Positions 27,649 through 35,965 of a stretch of DNA of 37,590 bases are shown one piece after another. This DNA is from a virus (Duplodnaviria > Caudoviricetes). Position numbers and translations under genes: made by a program. Each line of letters starts with the position of its first letter. The first letter of the stretch is position 1. The notes below the pieces were generated by a model. It was given only the letters and a program-made list of their open reading frames with translations, was not told where the DNA came from and did no database searches. The DNA is taken from the IMG/VR virus record IMGVR_UViG_3300034095_000063, positions 1-37,590 of that record. One strand, written 5' to 3'.

Positions 27649-27660
27649 TACGGATTAGTA

Positions 27661-27822
27661 TTAACTTTCCATAATGTATTTACTGAATACTAACCTCAGT
27701 ATACCCACATGAAGTACGACTACCCATTTTAGGTTATCACCTTTGACATCGAAATCCTGATTGTCCATAATCTCAGCACCAAAGACTAAACCACCTATTG
27801 TTTCCCATGTAAATTCTATCAT
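27661..27822 (-). CDS. Hypothetical protein (53 aa)
   Basis: Hand-translated MIEFTWETIGGLVFGAEIMD...; ATGA overlap with the RNR stop. Confidence 0.6.
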   Translation of the reverse strand: MIEFTWETIGGLVFGAEIMDNQDFDVKGDNLKWVVVLHVGILRLVFSKYIMES

Positions 27823-29690
27823 ATCTCACACACTCCTGATACACACGCTAGTTGTTGGGCACCTTCAGTATTATCATCGAGTTCTATAAAATCACTCCAA
27901 TCAATATCTGTTGGCATTTCACTTAGTAACTTATGATAAGTCTCTTCATCGATATCTTCGTAAGGAGCTTGTACATAAGTATGGTTTGAGTGAGGTAAGA
28001 AAGATACACCACTTACTTCATCAAAGTATTTCCAAACCCAAGCACCTACTTCTACCCACTCCTCATCTTTAACTGAGATAGTGACTGAGGGTTTGTGTTC
28101 ACACCAGTGACGCTGATAGATTAACCACAACTCTAACTGTTCGATAGCTGACTTAGAGTTACGAGTAATAGCACCAGTAGGAGCCTTCATCGGGAAGCCA
28201 AAGACAGCAGTTGAATCAGGTCTAAATGCTTCATCTTCTACTGGAACACCCTTACTTTTTAGATACTCGTAGATCGGATCCTTTTTATCCATACGAATAC
28301 GTCGTAAGTAATAATCGTTGTGTCGAGCATGAATGCCACTAGCACTGTCCACCAACTGAGAGACTGTACCTGAAGGCTTAACAGCAGTGATAGCAGCAGA
28401 AGCAGGAATACCAAGTTTTTCAGCAAGTTCTTCATTTGTTCTCCGAGCAATACCACGTAAGTATTCTAGTAATCGAGGATCAGGATTAGAGGTAATCTCA
28501 GCATCCATAATACCTGTCAAACTAACACCTAACAAACGCTCTTCTGAAGTATTCTCTACCCACTCTTCACTCAAAAAGTTAAACTTATTAAGAGTAGATT
28601 GAATAGTACCTAAGATAGAGGCTAGGTTAACTTTACGTTCAAGAGATTCAAGTGTATCCCCGTTCCGTACAACCACTTCCGTAAGATTGCAGAACTGTTT
28701 ATCACGGAGGATAATCTCTGAGCATGGATTGGTTCCGTAACTGTGATCTTTAGAACGTCGTCCCCACTTAGCAGCTTGAGTTTGAGCAGCAACACGATTA
28801 AATATTCCTCGTTCACCTGACTTGGATTTAACCAGAGATAACCATTCTTCCATGAAAGTCTCACTATCTGGTCGTTCTGTGTAGGCAACTGAGTTGTTAG
28901 CAAGTCCTCGGTGTGGATTATCATTATACCATGCTCCCATTTTAGCTTCACGCATACGTCGATCTGTAAGATTAGAGAGGGAGATTAGAGCACTGCGACG
29001 CACCCCACCTACCACTACAATCTCACCTACCATACACATTATGTCGTGTACTTCAATACTAGTGAGTTTTCGTCCACTAGCTTCTTTAAATGACTTAATC
29101 GTAAAGTCAAAGAGTCGTTTAAGAGGCTCAGGTCCTGATGCTCTTCCACCAAATACTTTAAGTCTTGCTCCAGCTGGTCGAACCTTTGAGTAATCAATTT
29201 TAGGGACATCGCCCTCCCACAAAGAAGAGAGGAGCTTTTTGAATGCTTTTGCCCATCCGAGCTTGCTGTCTTGTACAAATATGACATCATCTACCTCTCG
29301 TAATTTTTCAGGAATAGCTGGTAACTTACTAACTTCTTGACGCTCACAACTAAAACCTACACCTGTACCATTCATAAGGATGTATAGAGCTTCACTAAAC
29401 GCTCGCTTGTTGTTGACTGCTAGGTAACTACAGTTATAAGCTGCAATGTTATCTCGCTCTACTGCTTCACCTGCTGACATCATAAGACGCATAGAAGGCA
29501 TTACTTCTAGATTTAGAATAGAAGATCTTAGTTCTTCATAAGGTATCTCTACATCTTTAGTTTGTGTCTTTAAGTATGTGATAAGACGATCTACTGTCTC
29601 TTCCCATGACTCACGACGATGCTCTTTATCAAGGTATCGAGAGTATCGACTCCGATGTATGATTGATTGGTATATACTTGGTAGTTCCAT
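27819..29690 (-). CDS. nrdJ: Class II (adenosylcobalamin-dependent) ribonucleotide reductase
   Basis: YNCSY, GTGVGF, GGVRRSA, TNPCSEI, CNLTEV and VKPSGTVS motifs, C-terminal CVSGVC; no beta-subunit gene; likely start MELPSIYQ. Confidence 0.9.
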   Translation of the reverse strand: MELPSIYQSIIHRSRYSRYLDKEHRRESWEETVDRLITYLKTQTKDVEIPYEELRSSILNLEVMPSMRLMMSAGEAVERDNIAAYNCSYLAVNNKRAFSEALYILMNGTGVGFSCERQEVSKLPAIPEKLREVDDVIFVQDSKLGWAKAFKKLLSSLWEGDVPKIDYSKVRPAGARLKVFGGRASGPEPLKRLFDFTIKSFKEASGRKLTSIEVHDIMCMVGEIVVVGGVRRSALISLSNLTDRRMREAKMGAWYNDNPHRGLANNSVAYTERPDSETFMEEWLSLVKSKSGERGIFNRVAAQTQAAKWGRRSKDHSYGTNPCSEIILRDKQFCNLTEVVVRNGDTLESLERKVNLASILGTIQSTLNKFNFLSEEWVENTSEERLLGVSLTGIMDAEITSNPDPRLLEYLRGIARRTNEELAEKLGIPASAAITAVKPSGTVSQLVDSASGIHARHNDYYLRRIRMDKKDPIYEYLKSKGVPVEDEAFRPDSTAVFGFPMKAPTGAITRNSKSAIEQLELWLIYQRHWCEHKPSVTISVKDEEWVEVGAWVWKYFDEVSGVSFLPHSNHTYVQAPYEDIDEETYHKLLSEMPTDIDWSDFIELDDNTEGAQQLACVSGVCEI

Positions 29691-29763
29691 TAAGTTTCCT
29701 CTTGTTATATAGGGCACACTGTAGAGATTTATAGGAGGAAGTGTGAGTTCCCCCCATTTGATG

Positions 29764-29955
29764 TTATTTGTTACCGAACAACTCTTCATCTGTGTATTGC
29801 TTATGACCGACCTCATAGTTTTTAATGTGCTGTGCGATGTCGTCAGCCACGTTGGGTATGTCTTTCTTGCCCCATATCAAATCGTAGTTGTCTACGTACT
29901 GCTTGCTGTTGGTTTTACTGATCAATTTGTCACCTGTGATATCATTTTTACTCAT
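29764..29955 (-). CDS. Hypothetical protein
   Basis: MSKNDITGD...YDLIWGKK; in operon. Confidence 0.65.
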   Translation of the reverse strand: MSKNDITGDKLISKTNSKQYVDNYDLIWGKKDIPNVADDIAQHIKNYEVGHKQYTDEELFGNK

Positions 29956-30124
29956 CTTCAAACTCTCCTAATATAAGTTCATCTAAAATTTGTGCATACT
30001 TAGCTTCAAGTTTATCTTCGAAAGCATTGACTAGATCCCAAGTAGTTAGTCCTAGTAAATCTACTAAGTCAAACTCTGTTATCTGCTCTGCTACTTTCTC
30101 TTTTAACTCATTTAACGTCAACAT
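29948..30124 (-). CDS. Hypothetical protein
   Basis: MLTLNELKEK...DLVNAFED; in operon. Confidence 0.65.
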   Translation of the reverse strand: MLTLNELKEKVAEQITEFDLVDLLGLTTWDLVNAFEDKLEAKYAQILDELILGEFEDE

Positions 30125-30329
30125 TTTCAAACTCCTTAACTAACTGTATGAAATGTATGGCTTTATCTAAGTCCTGTACGCCCCCTTTGTTACGCCACCT
30201 GCAAAGATACTTAATAGCTGTTGCCTCTAGATAAGGTATCTTGTTTATGTGGCAGAAGTAAGCAGGTTGTATTGGAAATCCTTTGTAGTGATCACCACCT
30301 ACTTGTATTTCACTAGCTAACTGTTGCAT
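30108..30329 (-). CDS. DUF3310 / SaV-like protein
   Basis: QVGGDHY...AIKYLCR...KGGVQDLDKA motif. Confidence 0.8.
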   Translation of the reverse strand: MQQLASEIQVGGDHYKGFPIQPAYFCHINKIPYLEATAIKYLCRWRNKGGVQDLDKAIHFIQLVKEFENVDVK

Positions 30330-31092
30330 ATTTCTTCCTTAAGTATTTCAAACTAACTGGCATTTCATCAAAAGAACCATTGACAACATCATGTAGAATG
30401 TAGAGACCTCTCCAATGATTGTTAGTCTGGTGATTGAGATAGTGTTCCTCATGTTCGTAGCAACTACCAGCAATCAGAGCAGTCATCTCAGAACCATCAG
30501 CACGTTTACCGTAAGCAATGTCACGACCCTGTTGATGCCCTGCTATACAAGACTGATGATGCTTAAGTAAAAGCATACGAGCAGTATTACAAGGGTTGCC
30601 CATAACTCCGCTGACGAAGTAGTGACAAAACGCAATGCCTTCGATAACAATTGGTTGAAGGAACGGAATAAATTCCCAGCCACTTTTCTCATACTCTAAG
30701 TCCTCCAGAGAGATTAAACCATCAAGCTTCGGATCATTCTGAATAGCCCTATTGATACGATGTTCATGATTGCCACCTAACATAACTAGACGAGGTTTCC
30801 ACCTAGCACGTTTAGTCTCAATCAGACGCTTCTGTTCCGCCCTTACGGGCGAAAGCAGAACCTTCATTGCATCTTTAGAAGCTTGGATATCAGCTTTGTA
30901 ACGCTGACCTTCCATTGACTTACTACCAGCCTTATCATGAGAAGAGAGTGAAGGCATATCAGCAAAGTCACCTAGGTGAACAATGATGTCTGGCTTCATG
31001 TCTACTGCATAACGACCGATAGCATCAAGGAAAGCAAAGTCATCACCAGGTCTGATCTGAGTATCTGGAATAACCATGATACGTTTACTCAT
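30313..31092 (-). CDS. Calcineurin-like metallophosphoesterase
   Basis: IPDTQ, HLGDFAD, GNHE and GHQQ motifs; probable start MSKRIMV. Confidence 0.85.
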   Translation of the reverse strand: MSKRIMVIPDTQIRPGDDFAFLDAIGRYAVDMKPDIIVHLGDFADMPSLSSHDKAGSKSMEGQRYKADIQASKDAMKVLLSPVRAEQKRLIETKRARWKPRLVMLGGNHEHRINRAIQNDPKLDGLISLEDLEYEKSGWEFIPFLQPIVIEGIAFCHYFVSGVMGNPCNTARMLLLKHHQSCIAGHQQGRDIAYGKRADGSEMTALIAGSCYEHEEHYLNHQTNNHWRGLYILHDVVNGSFDEMPVSLKYLRKKYATVS

Positions 31093-31219
31093 TGTAGTGA
31101 TCTCCGTTGTTTCCATTCTGACCTATGTTATCGATACGATCTTCATCCCATTCATCAGCTGTATCTTCATCAATCATTTCATCAGTTAGTTGATCGTGTG
31201 GATCTAGTGGAGCACTCAT
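31085..31219 (-). CDS. Small acidic protein (44 aa)
   Basis: Hand-translated MSAPLDPHDQLTDEMIDEDTADEWDEDRIDNIGQNGNNGDHYNE*; SD AAGGAGG; overlaps both neighbours. Confidence 0.65.
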   Translation of the reverse strand: MSAPLDPHDQLTDEMIDEDTADEWDEDRIDNIGQNGNNGDHYNE

Positions 31220-31413
31220 GATGGGACACCTCCTTCTTGTTTAAATAGATCTAACTCTTGTTGTGCATCTGATTCTTGAATCTTGATGATGCCATTGAAC
31301 ACTAAGTTCTTGATTGCATGGTCCATTAAGAACCCAGCTTCAGCTTCTGTAACACTGAAGTCAAAGTCTAGACTACCATCTTCTTCATTGCGAACACAAT
31401 TGTTTATACGCAT
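31216..31413 (-). CDS. Hypothetical protein
   Basis: 65-aa ORF in operon. Confidence 0.65.
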   Translation of the reverse strand: MRINNCVRNEEDGSLDFDFSVTEAEAGFLMDHAIKNLVFNGIIKIQESDAQQELDLFKQEGGVPS

Positions 31414-31771
31414 TTAACCAATCCTTTCTAAAGTCAAGCCATTCAAAGTTGTTAAGTTCAGCCCACATTGCATACGTTGTCTTACTACCTCTGTGTAACT
31501 TATTCGATGCATTCTGAAATAACATTATTATTCTGATGTCTGGATTACACTCTCTAAACCATAGCATCTTCTTGCGAGTTTCTAGATCTAGTAACCCTTT
31601 AGCCTCAAGATAGATCTCTTTACTCGCATCTGTTTTAAAGTCTGGAGTGTAGGTTCTTTCTTGTACTGGTTGAGTAAACTTAAGTCTAGTTGGTTCATAC
31701 TCTACAGAAGGGTATTCCTTTATTAGTGTATTCCAAACCTTTTCTTCTAACTTACTTTTGAACTTGGGCAT
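31385..31771 (-). CDS. Endonuclease I-like Holliday junction resolvase (T7 gp3-like)
   Basis: FKSKLE, YTPDF, EAKG and TTYAMWA motifs. Confidence 0.88.
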   Translation of the reverse strand: MPKFKSKLEEKVWNTLIKEYPSVEYEPTRLKFTQPVQERTYTPDFKTDASKEIYLEAKGLLDLETRKKMLWFRECNPDIRIIMLFQNASNKLHRGSKTTYAMWAELNNFEWLDFRKDWLNAYKQLCSQ

Positions 31772-32474
31772 TTAGTAGTTTCTCATATCGAGCAGCATAG
31801 CTATCTCCTTCATGACGTAGAAGCCATAGGCACTGAGAATCCATAAGGAAGTTTCCTTTACCGATAAGAGATAGACTGTGTACTTTGTCGAACATAGCCT
31901 GCTCAGTAGTAAGTCCAGCTAAAGCTTTGCGGGCTTTAACTTCACCTAATCCTGGGATACCCTTAACGTTGTCAGAAGAATCTCCTTTAATGCATTGCTC
32001 ATAGAATAGTCTAAGACCCTCTAACTCTGTTTGTTCTACAAAGTTATCAGGTCTAGACCAACTAAGTGTACCTATAGCCCATTGAAAATGTTTCCCTGGA
32101 ACCTGTAACATATCCTTATCTAGAGAACAGATAGTAGTAGTACCTCCCACCTTATCTTGGTGAATAGATAGAGCATCATCTGCTTCTAGAGTATCAGGAG
32201 CCCACTCAGCCCCTAACTTGTCAAGTGCATACTTCTGTAATGCAAGCAAGTGCTTAGGCTTAGGGGCTGTCCTATTAGCTTTGTAGGCTGGGTTAATAGT
32301 TTTACGGAAGTTACTTGGTCCTGTTAGAAAGGCTCTGTAAGAGGTAGCACCAACCTTAGATTGAATGCCCTCAAACAGATCCTTCATCCTAGATACGGCT
32401 ATGCCCACTGGTTCTTCTTCAGCACTGGCTGCACTACGAAAGCAAACAAGATCCATATCTATAAGGGCAATCAT
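31752..32474 (-). CDS. 5'-3' exonuclease (T7 gp6 / FEN-like)
   Basis: IDMD, NFR...YKANR, EADD, DKDMLQ and GDSSDNVKGIPGLG motifs. Confidence 0.9.
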   Translation of the reverse strand: MIALIDMDLVCFRSAASAEEEPVGIAVSRMKDLFEGIQSKVGATSYRAFLTGPSNFRKTINPAYKANRTAPKPKHLLALQKYALDKLGAEWAPDTLEADDALSIHQDKVGGTTTICSLDKDMLQVPGKHFQWAIGTLSWSRPDNFVEQTELEGLRLFYEQCIKGDSSDNVKGIPGLGEVKARKALAGLTTEQAMFDKVHSLSLIGKGNFLMDSQCLWLLRHEGDSYAARYEKLLNAQVQK

Positions 32475-32878
32475 TATACAGCTACTCCTTCAGGGATAGA
32501 ATCAGAAGACTCATACTCAATTAGATTATTAATTACCAAGGTATTAAGAGTAGGAGAAGTACCTTTCTTACCCTTGAACTCCCAATCATAACTAGCTACA
32601 ACGGCAACTGCATCACTACCATTACCGATACGAACATCAGTAGCGACAGGTACGCCATTACTATCAGTAGCTTTGATTGGAAGGGTAGACTTACAGGTAA
32701 TGTAGTGTCCTCGGTCGTATTGGTCATCATCACGTTTGTTTACCTTGATACCTAATGTTGATAATTCTTTAACAGCCTCTGGACTTAACTGTGCTAAGTC
32801 AACTTGATACTTACCTGACATCTCGTTAGTCTCGTTTAGTTGAGCCCAGAATAGTTTTGCTTTGATTTTAATTGCCAT
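32474..32878 (-). CDS. Probable single-stranded DNA-binding protein
   Basis: OB-fold-like KYQVDL...IGNGS...V..LIEY; acidic tail; position in the replication module. Confidence 0.65.
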   Translation of the reverse strand: MAIKIKAKLFWAQLNETNEMSGKYQVDLAQLSPEAVKELSTLGIKVNKRDDDQYDRGHYITCKSTLPIKATDSNGVPVATDVRIGNGSDAVAVVASYDWEFKGKKGTSPTLNTLVINNLIEYESSDSIPEGVAV

Positions 32879-32959
32879 CTTTAAATACTCCAATGTCTAT
32901 ATACGTTTACAATAATGTGAATACAAGTTACTACTTCTAACACTGTGATCCAAGTCTTA

Positions 32960-33247
32960 CTAGAAGGGAACATCGTCATCTCCTAAAGAAGTATTATTAA
33001 CTTCCGTGGTATTGACCCATTGTTCGTAACCTCTTTTATCTTCTTGAACCTCTACATCTACTTCGGTACCCTTAGTCCAACTACTCGCAGCTTTGTACAC
33101 ATGTTTGTTTTTCCAAGAGAATAATCTCCAGGATTTAACTTGGTCCTCAGTATCTCTAAAGATAACTTCTATGGCTTGATACTCTAAACCATTAGCTGCT
33201 TGATGGGCTGTGGGGGTACCTACATCCACAATTTTAATTCTAAGCAT
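32960..33247 (-). CDS. Hypothetical protein with an SSB-like acidic tail (DDDVPF)
   Basis: 95 aa; C-terminal DDDVPF. Confidence 0.65.
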   Translation of the reverse strand: MLRIKIVDVGTPTAHQAANGLEYQAIEVIFRDTEDQVKSWRLFSWKNKHVYKAASSWTKGTEVDVEVQEDKRGYEQWVNTTEVNNTSLGDDDVPF

Positions 33248-33957
33248 TTACTTCCTCCATGTTACCCCAATCAGGTCCTACTTCACACTGAACCCTCATA
33301 GGTAGGTTAAACTCCGTACCAAATATCTTTTTAAAGTTAGCTGGTACATCGTTGAAACAGTTATTAACTAACTGCACTAGACTAATATTATCCCATACTT
33401 TGGGATCAAAGTCAAGTATTATTGAGTCGTGTACTGTGTTTACCATTAAGACTCCTTCTTTACCTTTCAATCTGTTGCGTAGTGATACTCGAGCTAGAGC
33501 CATGAGATCAGCACCTAGCCCCTGTACTGGATAATTAAGTATCTTAGTACGAGGGAACTTAACCTTACCATACTTAACCTCAGGCTCAAACTTATAGAAT
33601 CTACCAGTAGGCATATCGATACGACCATCACGCATAGCACGTTCTAGCAGTTGATCATGCCATACCTTTAGTCCTGCGTACTTTTCGTAGAACTGGTCAA
33701 TGACTCCTTGCCAGAACGTTTCATCTCCAATACTTGAGAAGTTAAGATCATTCGCATAAGAGTACGCTGATCCTCCGTAGATGAGTCGAAACACGAACGT
33801 TTTAGCAATAAGTCGACTTGGTAGTCCAAATCGCTGTTGGTTGTCTGCATGTTGGTCTACTCCTAAAAGAATCTCATCGATAGCTACTTGATCTTGACTT
33901 AAGTATGTGGCTCCTACCCACTCAAGAAAGTTGTTTTGCATCCGCTTGGAGTAACAT
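33240..33957 (-). CDS. polA: Family A DNA polymerase, C-terminal (palm/fingers) part; frameshift near 33925
   Basis: Motif A MLLQADAKQL(EW) from ATG 33957; motif B RLIAKTFVFRLIYG; NYPVQG; motif C TVHDS; a 4-nt excess separates motif A from the main ORF. Confidence 0.85.
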
Positions 33958-34406
33958 CACTTTATATCCTCCTTCGAGAGAACTGATTTAGCGAACTGAA
34001 TTAACTCTTCTCTTGTAGAGTTCCACTTCATAGAGTTCGCTAAGGTAGATATAATTTCTATATTATCTTTACTATAACCTAATGAAGGGTCAATCCGATC
34101 TATTGAGGGAGAATGTTTCCTATCCCCAGCTATTGTTAATGGTACTTGTAAATAAGGGCATAACTCAGGAATAACTATATCTTCTTTAGTTAAAGAAAAC
34201 TCTATTCCTTTTTGTTTTGCTCTTAATTTTGCATATTTAAGTAGATAGTGTATAGGATCTACTACTTTAGTTTTATGATAGTAATCTCGTGCTCCTTTCT
34301 TTTTAGCTTCTCTATTCTCTTCAGCATATTTTTTGCGTTGTTCTGAATATTTATCATAGTTTTTTAAATACTCTTCTCTTCTTTTTACTGGATCATAAGG
34401 TTTCAT
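33957..34406 (-). CDS. HNH homing endonuclease-like protein
   Basis: CPYL...SIDRIDPSLGYSKDNIEIIS..AN.MK motif; visibly more AT-rich than the flanks. Confidence 0.85.
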   Translation of the reverse strand: MKPYDPVKRREEYLKNYDKYSEQRKKYAEENREAKKKGARDYYHKTKVVDPIHYLLKYAKLRAKQKGIEFSLTKEDIVIPELCPYLQVPLTIAGDRKHSPSIDRIDPSLGYSKDNIEIISTLANSMKWNSTREELIQFAKSVLSKEDIK

Positions 34407-34431
34407 TGGATTCTCCTAGTGTTATACTAAT

Positions 34432-34460
34432 AGTATACCATAAGTTTCCATTCTAGTCAA
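34432..34460 (-). promoter_or_regulatory. sigma70 promoter inside the HNH cassette
   Basis: TTGACT-17 nt-TATACT with extended TG; the -10 overlaps the palindrome TATACTA-A-TAGTATA. Confidence 0.75.
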
Positions 34461-34535
34461 GTACTTTCTGCTTGTAGTAACATCTAGTAGAGATCCTCCC
34501 ATAATCGTTCGATATAAATATCTTTCTCGTATGCA

Positions 34536-35687
34536 TCAAGTAAAGCGAGAATAGAAGAGACCTTTGATTCCTCCGTCGAAGTTTTGCAGGTTTGGTTTAC
34601 TACTTGACAGACGTCCTGTACGAGCGACGCATTGATTAAGTTGTCCATGTATCTTGTTCTCCTTCCAGTTAAGTTCAGCGGATAGCTTGAGCAATCCTCT
34701 GTAGTACGTTGATACTCTCTTCTCTAACTCTGATCTCTTTAAGAGAGTTTGAATAGCTTTGAGAGAGTGTTGATTCCTACTCTTGAGAGACTTAAGTGTA
34801 GCCTCATCAGTAGAGAAGTAACCTTCTTTAGCTAACTCTGAACCTCTAGGAGGAGTAAAGAGTCTTGGTAATTCAACTACATAGTCTTCCCACTTTTCTT
34901 TGACTTCTCCTTTACGAGCACCTGTCTTGTAAAACCCAGCAGGTACTTTGCGAGAAAGCTTAATGCTTCCGCCATAAAGTAAGCAACTGAGATGATCACC
35001 GCTATTGGGATTAAAACTATCACAGTTATGGTACTGATACAACTCGTTATCCAACTCGACGATTTGTGCATCCAATTCATTTGCTAATTCCTCACTCTTT
35101 GTTGCGTTATATAATAGACCATTGTATTCCATTTCTTGTAGTACAAGTAGGTCTTGATTGTGTAAACTAATTAGTCGTTGTAGTGGTAGACCACCAGCTT
35201 TAACTTCTTCTAACTGTTTGAGATATACTTGGTACGTTAGATCTAAGTCACCTTGTAGATACTCTTCTAAGATAGATTTAGGTATGTCTGGTGTATCTAT
35301 TCCATTCTTCCAATACTCAGTACTAACCACATCAAGCTTAGTACCCAGCCCATAATGAGCAGCGACACCATTGAGAGATGGGTAGCTTGCCTCTTGTCCA
35401 GTAAGTATAAAGTGTACAAGCTGACAATCCCAAATACGTTTAGAGCCAAAAGAAATTCCATATCTGTTTATCCAATGTAAGTCAAACTTAATGTTGAACC
35501 CTATAAGTATATCACAATCATCAATCCTTTGTTGGATCTCTTGAAGCTTAGGTACATAGGGATCATGAGAGTATTCTATATCGAATAGTTTATCTCCGAT
35601 GCCTACATAGCACAGCTTGTTAGTCTGATCAAAAGGATTACCTTTGTTAGAGATTGTTGTTTCTACGTCTAGTACTAACTCTTTCAT
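34536..35687 (-). CDS. polA: Family A DNA polymerase, N-terminal part (3'-5' exonuclease and thumb)
   Basis: ExoI DVET, ExoII GFNIKFD, ExoIII YLQGD; FNPNS; TGRLSSSKPNLQN. Confidence 0.9.
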   Translation of the reverse strand: MKELVLDVETTISNKGNPFDQTNKLCYVGIGDKLFDIEYSHDPYVPKLQEIQQRIDDCDILIGFNIKFDLHWINRYGISFGSKRIWDCQLVHFILTGQEASYPSLNGVAAHYGLGTKLDVVSTEYWKNGIDTPDIPKSILEEYLQGDLDLTYQVYLKQLEEVKAGGLPLQRLISLHNQDLLVLQEMEYNGLLYNATKSEELANELDAQIVELDNELYQYHNCDSFNPNSGDHLSCLLYGGSIKLSRKVPAGFYKTGARKGEVKEKWEDYVVELPRLFTPPRGSELAKEGYFSTDEATLKSLKSRNQHSLKAIQTLLKRSELEKRVSTYYRGLLKLSAELNWKENKIHGQLNQCVARTGRLSSSKPNLQNFDGGIKGLFYSRFT

Positions 35688-35770
35688 CGGAATCCTTTAA
35701 TAAGTAATGTTGTATAAGTAATGTTGTTACTATACCTAAACCAAAAGCTTGGTAGTAACACTGAATGTAT

Positions 35771-35965
35771 TCAATAAATAGTTGCATGCCATATATCCCA
35801 TGTTGTCCACACATCTCCAAGTTGATTGTAAGTTTTCTTAGCGATACCGTATGGTGGAGTTACGGATGCTAATACTTTGCTATCTCTGATTTGATACTTA
35901 GCACCTATCTCTATCAAAGGTTTGTTCCGTAACTCATGCTCATAAGGTAAATCATTTAGTATCAT
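35771..35965 (-). CDS. Hypothetical protein
   Basis: 64-aa ORF coupled to the helicase stop. Confidence 0.6.
   Translation of the reverse strand: MILNDLPYEHELRNKPLIEIGAKYQIRDSKVLASVTPPYGIAKKTYNQLGDVWTTWDIWHATIY

Larger units (their letters stand above)
33941..34483 (-). mobile_element. Free-standing endonuclease cassette flanked by imperfect 17-bp direct repeats of the polA-C start
   Basis: ATGTTACTACAAGCAGA (34483-34467) vs ATGTTACTCCAAGCGGA (33957-33941). Confidence 0.75.

Noticed and set aside
29691-29816. N-terminal extension of the RNR in the ORF track
   Set aside because: It overlaps the upstream gene; a better SD-ATG lies at 29690
33957-34535. Group I intron or intein in polA
   Set aside because: Flanks too short for an intron core, both polA parts have their own stop/start and SD, and the HNH ORF is separately initiated
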